The notes below the pieces were generated by a model. The model saw nothing but the letters and a program-made list of their open reading frames with translations, made no database searches and was not told the origin of the DNA. Made by a program: the position numbers and the translations under genes. From a bacterium (lineage in GTDB: Bacteria; Bacillota; Clostridia; TANB77; RGIG9151), in NCBI GenBank assembly GCA_963635575.1, contig CAVHFU010000002.1:17768-81767 (forward strand): a stretch of DNA of 64,000 nt, in the 5' to 3' direction. Numbering within the stretch: position 1 is the first letter of the stretch; every line of letters starts with the position of its first letter. This document shows, in pieces, positions 57,459 through 64,000 of this stretch.

Positions 57459-59900
57459 ATGAAGGCAATTATTATGGCAGGAGGCGCAGGTTCAAGATTA
57501 AGACCACTTACATGTGGAAGACCAAAGCCTATAGTACCTATTATGAACAAGGCTGTAATGGGGAGAATTATTGAGTTATTAAAAAAGAATGGTATTACAG
57601 ATATAGGAGTTACACTTCAGTTTTTACCTGAAAAAATTGAAGATATGTTTGGCGATGGTAGTGAAATGGGAGTTAATATAAAGTATTTTATAGAAGACTC
57701 ACCGCTAGGAACTGCCGGAAGTGTTAAAAATGCCGAAGAATTTTTAGATGATACGTTCGTTGTAATAAGTGGTGATGCCTTAACAGATATAGATTTAACT
57801 AAAGCAATTGAATTCCACAAGTCTAAAAATACAATTTGTACATTGGTTTTAAAGGAAGTTGCTGTACCTCTTGAATATGGTGTAGTAATGACTGATGAAA
57901 CCGGAAAAATTACTAGATTTTTAGAAAAGCCAAGTTGGGGAGAAGTATTTAGCAATCTTGCTAATACAGGTATGTACATATTAGAACCAAAGGCTTTGTC
58001 ATATTTTGAAAAGAATAAGAAGTTTGACTTTAGCCAAGATTTATTCCCATTACTTATGAATGAGGGAAATGATTTATATGGCTACACAACAAGTGATTAT
58101 TGGTGTGACGTTGGAGATATAGGTTCATATATCCAATCGCATATAGATATATTAGAAGGAAAAGTAAATATTGACCTTGGCACTGAGTTTGAAAACAGAA
58201 ACGGAATTTATGTTGGCAAAAATGTTGAAATTGATCCAACAGCTAAAATTACTGCACCAGTAGTTATCGGAAACAATTGTAAAATTGGGAAAAACGTAGA
58301 ACTTCACGAATTTACAGTGCTTGGCGAAAATGTTGTTATTGATGATAACGCAACAATAAAAAGAAGCATTATTTGGCAAAATACACATGTTGGACCTAAT
58401 TCAAGAATTAGTGCAGGAATTTTGTGTTATGGAAATAACGTTAAATCAAATGTTACAGTTTTAGAAGAAGCTGTTATTGGTGATGAATGCCAAATAAAAG
58501 ACAGAGCAATTGTTAAATCCGGAATTAAGATTTGGCCGAATAAAATTATTCAAACAGCTACTGAGGTTAGTGAAAGCATTATTTGGGGAACTAAAGTAAG
58601 TAGAACTTTGTTTGGCAAATCGGGAATTACAGGAGAAATGAATGTTGAAATTACTCCTGAATATGCTGCAAAACTTGCAGTTGCATATTCATCTGTACTA
58701 AAACCCGGAATGAAACTTGCAGTATCAGCAGATAGTTCGGCTGCCGCTTCATTACTTAAAACTTCAATGTTAGCAGGTTCGGCTTCTACCGGAGTTGAAG
58801 TGTTTGACTTAGGGCACACAATGCTTCCGATAGTTAGAAATGTTATTAATTTCTTTGGCATGGATGGTGGAATTCATATTTCACTAGAGCCTCAGAATGA
58901 TAATAGAATAAGAATAAATTTCTTAGATTCTAAGGGAGTTAATATTCCAAGAGGACTTGAAAGAAAGATTGAAAACATGTTTGTAACTGGGGAGTTTAGG
59001 CGTATAAATGTTGAAAAGATTAAAGAGACAAATATGCTTGAAAACTATAATTATTTCTATATGCAAAACTTGTTAAACACATTAGATTTAGATGCCATTC
59101 GAGAGAATAATGTAAAAGTTGTAATGGGAAAATGTGACAATTTTGTGTATGAAATGATGGAAAAAGTGTTAAGAGATTTAAATTGTACAATTATCAATGA
59201 AAGAAGAGATAGTGGAGAAGATGATTTAAGTATCTTAAGTCAAAAGGTTGTAAACAATCAAGCTGATTTTGGAATTAGAGTAAGTAACGATGCTGAATCT
59301 ATGATTTTAGTGGATAATGAAGGAAATGTTATAAAAGATGATTTATATACTGCATTGCTTTCAATAATATCTGTTAAATTAAAAGAAGTAAATAAGATTG
59401 TTGTTCCGTTTACTACAACAGAAGTTATGGAACAAATCGCAACAAAGATAAATGCAGGAATTATTAGAACTAAAACAAGTCAGCAAGAACACATGAGTAC
59501 ATTAATTGCTAACTCTACTGCTGAAGCTAAAAAGAATTTTATATTAAATTATGACGTTTTTGCAGCAACAGCGAAGATTATAAATTACATTTCAAGAGAA
59601 AAAACATCTGTGGCTGACCTTGTAAAATCTATCCCTGAATTCCATTTAATTAAGAAGAATATTGATTGTCCTTGGGATGCAAAGGGAAAAGTTATGAGAG
59701 CATTAACTCAAGAAAAGACAGATAATAAGTTAGAATTATTCGAAGGTGTGAAGATTCATCACGACAAAGGATGGGTGCTTGTGTTACCAGACGCAGACGA
59801 ACCTGTATGTACAGTATATACCGAAGGTGTTTCTGCTGAAGTTGCTGAAAGCTTATCTGAAATGTATATAGATAAAATTAGAAACATTATTGTTCAGTAA
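57459..59900 (+). CDS. Bifunctional sugar-1-phosphate nucleotidylyltransferase (ManC/GDP-mannose pyrophosphorylase-like, with LbH) fused to phosphomannomutase/phosphoglucomutase
   Basis: [18 protein letters not shown]...GTAG N-terminal NTP-transferase, hexapeptide repeats, and a C-terminal PGM/PMM alpha/beta domain set. Confidence 0.7.
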   Translation: MKAIIMAGGAGSRLRPLTCGRPKPIVPIMNKAVMGRIIELLKKNGITDIGVTLQFLPEKIEDMFGDGSEMGVNIKYFIEDSPLGTAGSVKNAEEFLDDTFVVISGDALTDIDLTKAIEFHKSKNTICTLVLKEVAVPLEYGVVMTDETGKITRFLEKPSWGEVFSNLANTGMYILEPKALSYFEKNKKFDFSQDLFPLLMNEGNDLYGYTTSDYWCDVGDIGSYIQSHIDILEGKVNIDLGTEFENRNGIYVGKNVEIDPTAKITAPVVIGNNCKIGKNVELHEFTVLGENVVIDDNATIKRSIIWQNTHVGPNSRISAGILCYGNNVKSNVTVLEEAVIGDECQIKDRAIVKSGIKIWPNKIIQTATEVSESIIWGTKVSRTLFGKSGITGEMNVEITPEYAAKLAVAYSSVLKPGMKLAVSADSSAAASLLKTSMLAGSASTGVEVFDLGHTMLPIVRNVINFFGMDGGIHISLEPQNDNRIRINFLDSKGVNIPRGLERKIENMFVTGEFRRINVEKIKETNMLENYNYFYMQNLLNTLDLDAIRENNVKVVMGKCDNFVYEMMEKVLRDLNCTIINERRDSGEDDLSILSQKVVNNQADFGIRVSNDAESMILVDNEGNVIKDDLYTALLSIISVKLKEVNKIVVPFTTTEVMEQIATKINAGIIRTKTSQQEHMSTLIANSTAEAKKNFILNYDVFAATAKIINYISREKTSVADLVKSIPEFHLIKKNIDCPWDAKGKVMRALTQEKTDNKLELFEGVKIHHDKGWVLVLPDADEPVCTVYTEGVSAEVAESLSEMYIDKIRNIIVQ

Positions 59901-59999
59901 TAATAAATTGAAAATGGATGCCCAAAAGCTTATTTAGGCATCCATTTTTTGTGTTTTTAAAACTTTATAGGCCGAAAGACCTATTTTATTATTTAAATA

Positions 60000-60028
60000 T
60001 TGCAAATGTGGAGAGAAAAGGATAATAT
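60000..60028 (+). promoter_or_regulatory. sigmaA promoter of the mraZ operon
   Basis: TTGCAA - 17 nt - TAATAT, downstream of the terminator of the previous gene. Confidence 0.45.
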
Positions 60029-60036
60029 AATCTTGC

Positions 60037-60062
60037 AAGTGGTTGAAAGTGGAGTGAAGTGG
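60037..60062 (+). promoter_or_regulatory. Putative MraZ operator: three AAGTGG direct repeats at 10-bp phasing
   Basis: cAAGTGGttgaAAGTGGagtgAAGTGGtac lies between the -10 and the mraZ start. It matches the (A)AAGTG[G/T] 10-bp-periodic MraZ box described for Firmicutes/Mollicutes. Confidence 0.45.
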
Positions 60063-60091
60063 TACGATGCTCCATGAAAGAGGTGAGAAGT

Positions 60092-60523
60092 TTGTTCATA
60101 GGCGAATATAGGCATAGTTTAGATGGCAAAGGCAGAATTATTGTTCCGGCTAAGTTTAGGGATGGCTTGGGCGATAAATTTGTATTGACTAAAGGTTTAG
60201 ACGGTTGCTTATTCGCATATTCGAAAGAAGAATGGGCAAATTTCGAAGAAAAAATCAAATCTTTACCGCTTACAAATAAGGACGCGAGGGCATTCGTAAG
60301 GTTCTTCTTTGCAGGAGCAGTTGAATGCGAAATCGATAAACAAGGACGTACATTGATACCACCAATGCTAAGAGAACATGCAGGATTAAATAAAGACCTT
60401 GTTATAATTGGCGTTTCTAATAGAGTTGAAATTTGGAGCCAAGACAAGTGGGACAGTTATAGCGAAACCGAGGATTTGGAAGCTGATGAGTTGGCTGAAA
60501 AAATGGCAATGCTAGGCATCTAA
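60092..60523 (+). CDS. mraZ: Transcriptional regulator MraZ
   Basis: [22 protein letters not shown] duplicated-domain MraZ. TTG start with GAGGTGAG RBS. Confidence 0.85.
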   Translation: MFIGEYRHSLDGKGRIIVPAKFRDGLGDKFVLTKGLDGCLFAYSKEEWANFEEKIKSLPLTNKDARAFVRFFFAGAVECEIDKQGRTLIPPMLREHAGLNKDLVIIGVSNRVEIWSQDKWDSYSETEDLEADELAEKMAMLGI

Positions 60524-60552
60524 AAGAAAAGGTTATTTTAAGGAGTGTAAAA

Positions 60553-61488
60553 ATGGAATTTGTACATAAACCGGTACTTCTAAATGAATGCATTTGTAAT
60601 CTTAATATTAAACCAAATGGTATTTATTTGGACGGGACTTTAGGCGGTGCAGGTCATTCCTTAGAGATTGCAAAGCTGTTAAATAATGAAGGAACTTTAA
60701 TTGGAATAGATAGAGATATAACTGCTATAAATGTTTCACGCAGTAGACTTTCTGATGTGAAACCTACTGTAAATTTAGTTAACGACAATTATAAGAATAT
60801 AAAAGATGTATTAAGTAATTTGAATATTACAGGAGTAGATGGGATATTGCTCGACTTGGGAGTTTCATCTTATCAACTTGATACTCCCGAGCGAGGCTTT
60901 AGTTATCGTTTTGATGCTCCGCTAGATATGAGAATGAATACAAATGATGAACTTACCGCTGAATATGTGGTAAATCAATATACCAAAGAAGATTTAATAA
61001 GAATCTTTCGTGATTATGGCGAAGAGAAGTGGGCAGTGCGTATTGCAGACTTTATCGTAGATAAACGTAGGAATACTCCTATAAAAACAACATTTGAACT
61101 TGTTGATATTATAAAAGCAGCGATTCCGGCTAGTGCTAGAATTGATGGCGGTCATCCTGCGAAACGAGTATTTCAAGCCATAAGAATCGAAGTAAATGGA
61201 GAAATCGAGAGCCTCAAAAAGGCGATTTTTGATGCAATAGATGTGTTAAATCCAAAAGGCAGAATATGTATTATAAGCTTTCATTCATTAGAAGATAGAA
61301 TTGTTAAAGATGTTTTTAATGAGTCGGCTAAAGGATGTACTTGTCCGCCTGACTTTCCAAAATGTGTTTGCAATAAGAAAAAAACTGTAAAGATTTTAAG
61401 TAAAAAACCGATAATCTCTACGGAAGATGAGTTAAATGATAATTTGAGAGCTCATAGTGCAAAGTTAAGAGTTGCCGAAAAAATTTAA
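60553..61488 (+). CDS. rsmH: 16S rRNA (cytosine1402-N4)-methyltransferase
   Basis: HKPVLLNE...[11 protein letters not shown]...[14 protein letters not shown]; 311 aa. Confidence 0.9.
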   Translation: MEFVHKPVLLNECICNLNIKPNGIYLDGTLGGAGHSLEIAKLLNNEGTLIGIDRDITAINVSRSRLSDVKPTVNLVNDNYKNIKDVLSNLNITGVDGILLDLGVSSYQLDTPERGFSYRFDAPLDMRMNTNDELTAEYVVNQYTKEDLIRIFRDYGEEKWAVRIADFIVDKRRNTPIKTTFELVDIIKAAIPASARIDGGHPAKRVFQAIRIEVNGEIESLKKAIFDAIDVLNPKGRICIISFHSLEDRIVKDVFNESAKGCTCPPDFPKCVCNKKKTVKILSKKPIISTEDELNDNLRAHSAKLRVAEKI

Positions 61489-61707
61489 GACTGTTAAAGG
61501 GCATCCCCCTTTTAACATATATACATAAGAAAAAAATAATTGATTTACAAAAGAAAAGTAAAACAAAGTACAAAAGCTAAAAAATAAAAAACTACAAAAG
61601 AAAAAAATCCTATAAAATTTACAAAAGAAGTTTTAAATTACTAAGGAAAAGACGGGGGCAACATTTGTAGCCCCTGTTTTAGTATTAATGTTATGGAGGT
61701 GAGAGCT

Positions 61708-62172
61708 ATGGCACCACTTAGGCAAGAAGATTATATGTATGAAGAATTTTTAAATGAGCCTGTAGCTCAACCCAAAAAGCACGAGGAACAAAAAAAGCAA
61801 GTTGTACCAAAGAAAAAAAATAAGGTTAAGAAAAAAGTTTTTTTAGGTATATTATCATTTTCTATAGCTCTCACGATAGTTTATCGTTATGCAATGCTTA
61901 ATAATATGAGTATGGAAAACACTAAATTAAAGAAGGAACTTGCTGAACTTAACAACGTTAACGCACAACTTCAATTAAAGGCTGAACAAAGTGTTAATTT
62001 AAGTTATGTTGAAGAATATGCACAAGAAAATTTAGGACTTCAAAAGCCCCAAAATTATCAAATTGAGTATATTAATGTAAATAAGCAAGATTTAATTGAT
62101 AATAAGGTTACTAATGAGAATAAAAATTGGTTTGAAGAAATATTATTTAATATCATTGAATTTTTTAAGTGA
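61708..62172 (+). CDS. ftsL: Cell-division protein FtsL-like (septum formation initiator)
   Basis: Basic cytoplasmic N-terminus, single TM (VFLGILSFSIALTIVY), then a coiled-coil. Sits between rsmH and the class B PBP. Second ATG with GGAGGTG RBS. Confidence 0.55.
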   Translation: MAPLRQEDYMYEEFLNEPVAQPKKHEEQKKQVVPKKKNKVKKKVFLGILSFSIALTIVYRYAMLNNMSMENTKLKKELAELNNVNAQLQLKAEQSVNLSYVEEYAQENLGLQKPQNYQIEYINVNKQDLIDNKVTNENKNWFEEILFNIIEFFK

Positions 62173-62297
62173 GTATTTTATTTGGCAGTAGCAAAGCTTT
62201 TACTACGTAGAATATGTAATCAGGCTTTATACCATTCAAATTTTAATACTCTTTTTTTCTACCTATACTAGAATAAAAGTGGAGGGTTTTGATAAAA

Positions 62298-64000
62298 TTG
62301 AAAAAGGATGCTATGAAACTTGGAATTAGAAAAAGGATGATTTGGTTATTTATTGGAGTTATAGTTTTATTTGTTTTGCTACTTGGGCGTCTTGCTTGGG
62401 TGCAACTTGTAAAAGGTGCATGGCTTCAAGGACTTGCGTATGAACAGCAAACAAGAGACAGGACAATAAGTTCAGCACGTGGCACTATATATTCATCTGA
62501 TGGAAAGGTACTTGCAATTAGTGCGTCTATGGAGACGATTAGTGTAATTCCTACACAGGTAAAAAATCCTGAGGAGTTGGCTAAAGAATTAGCTGATTTA
62601 TTAGGTCTTGAATATGGTAATGTTTATGAGAAAATTACATCAGAGACAGCTCTAGTGACAATCGCAAAAAATGTTTCAAAAGAAACTACCGATTTACTTA
62701 GAACCTGGATATCTGAGACAGAAACTGAAGGGGTAAAAATAGATGAATCTACTAAAAGATATTATCCTAATAATAGTTTAGCTGCACACGTTTTAGGATT
62801 TGTTGGTACAGATAATCAAGGCCTTTACGGAATAGAAAATGCATATGAGGATATATTAACAGGCATCCCGGGAAGAATTATTTCAGAAACGGATGGAAAA
62901 GGAAACGATATTCCTCTTAGTTCGGAACAATATTATGCTCCTCAAAATGGAAGAAATTTGGTACTGAGTATAGATTCATCAATTCAATATTTTGCTGAAA
63001 AGTATTTAGAAATTGCAGTGATAGATAATGCTTGCGAAAAAGGTGGAGTTGCAATAGTAATGAAGCCATCAACAGGGGATGTGCTTGCAATGGCGGTAAA
63101 GCCCGATTTTAATCCTAATGAAGCGTTTGGACCATATACTGATGAACAGGCTATTTCATGGGATGTTACTCCGACTGAAGAAAAGAGAAAAATTAGAGAA
63201 AATATATGGAGAAACAAGGCTATTTCTGATACTTACGAGCCTGGTTCTACATTTAAGGTTATAACAGCAAGTGCTGCACTTGATTCTGGAATTGCTACTT
63301 GTGATGAACATTTTAATTGTACCGGGTCAATTACAATTGGCGGGGCTAAAATAAAATGTTGGAGATATTATCGCCCACATGGCACACAAACATTAACAGA
63401 AGCTTTGGGCAATTCCTGTAATCCTGTTTTTATACAACTTGGACTAAAAATGGGTAAAGAAATTTTCTATAAATACGTAGATGCTTTTGGCTTTACTGAA
63501 AAGACCGGTATAGATTTGCCGGGAGAGGCTAGCGGTGTTTTTCATTCAATCCAAAAGGTTGGAGATACTGAACTTGCGACTGCCGCTTTTGGTCAGAGAT
63601 TTAATATCACTCCTATTGAATTAATAACAGCAATTTCGGCAGTAGCTAACGATGGAAAGCTTATGGAGCCGAGGTTGGTTAAAGAAATTAGAGACGATGA
63701 TGGAAATATTTTATCTACAAATGAACCTAAGGTGGTTCGTCAAGTAATATCTAAGCAAACTGCTGAAACTATTTGCGATATGATGGAAAAAGTAGTATCT
63801 ACGGGAACCGGCGGAAATGCATACATTGAAGGATATGATGTTGGAGGAAAGACAGGTACAGCAGAACAAGGAACAGGTGATGCCACTTGGTATGTAGCTT
63901 CGTTTGTGGGAATAGCACCTGCAAATAATCCAGAAATTGCGGTACTAGTGGCTTTGTTTGAGCCAAAGGGAGATAGCCATGGTGGTGGAGCTATTGCTGC
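62298..64000 (+). CDS. Class B penicillin-binding protein (FtsI/SpoVD/PBP2B-type), 3' end outside window
   Basis: TM anchor, PBP dimerisation domain, transpeptidase STFKVITASAALD (SxxK). dcw-cluster position. Start is TTG 62298 or ATG 62313. Confidence 0.75.
   Translation, partial: MKKDAMKLGIRKRMIWLFIGVIVLFVLLLGRLAWVQLVKGAWLQGLAYEQQTRDRTISSARGTIYSSDGKVLAISASMETISVIPTQVKNPEELAKELADLLGLEYGNVYEKITSETALVTIAKNVSKETTDLLRTWISETETEGVKIDESTKRYYPNNSLAAHVLGFVGTDNQGLYGIENAYEDILTGIPGRIISETDGKGNDIPLSSEQYYAPQNGRNLVLSIDSSIQYFAEKYLEIAVIDNACEKGGVAIVMKPSTGDVLAMAVKPDFNPNEAFGPYTDEQAISWDVTPTEEKRKIRENIWRNKAISDTYEPGSTFKVITASAALDSGIATCDEHFNCTGSITIGGAKIKCWRYYRPHGTQTLTEALGNSCNPVFIQLGLKMGKEIFYKYVDAFGFTEKTGIDLPGEASGVFHSIQKVGDTELATAAFGQRFNITPIELITAISAVANDGKLMEPRLVKEIRDDDGNILSTNEPKVVRQVISKQTAETICDMMEKVVSTGTGGNAYIEGYDVGGKTGTAEQGTGDATWYVASFVGIAPANNPEIAVLVALFEPKGDSHGGGAIA

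Overview
The window is a 64-kb chromosomal segment from a low-GC, endospore-forming, flagellated Firmicute (Clostridia-like). It is mostly core genome: lepA, ftsK, thyA-folA, upp, pyrH, serS, argS, tsaD, murC, spoVG, the start of the dcw cluster (mraZ-rsmH-ftsL-PBP), three tRNAs, and many sporulation genes (an alpha/beta SASP, spoVAC-AD-AE, ypeB, ytxC, a YjcZ-like peptide, an M23/M50 pair). Several accessory or unusual loci stand out.

1. An agr-type quorum-sensing module. agrB plus a 42-aa AgrD-like peptide is bracketed by two ~193-bp, ~90%-identical, strongly structured direct repeats that each end in a terminator. A divergent ECF sigma/anti-sigma pair has a sigW-type promoter. An AgrC-type HPK10 kinase is translationally coupled to ldhA. 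No LytTR regulator (AgrA) is present.

2. A compact convergent small-RNA/24-aa hydrophobic peptide locus beside lepA. It has the hallmarks of an Fst/par-like type I toxin-antitoxin system.

3. A cyclic-beta-1,2-glucan-synthase-like system split into two genes: a GT84-type transferase with an alpha/alpha-6 domain, and a separate GH94 phosphorylase.

4. A P-type-ATPase-derived pseudo-pump that has lost all catalytic motifs, co-transcribed with a biotin-less carboxyltransferase.

5. A decayed island at tRNA-fMet carrying an integrase remnant and an AlbA_2/Schlafen-like ATPase.

All calls rest on motif and architecture recognition by eye. No database searches were run.
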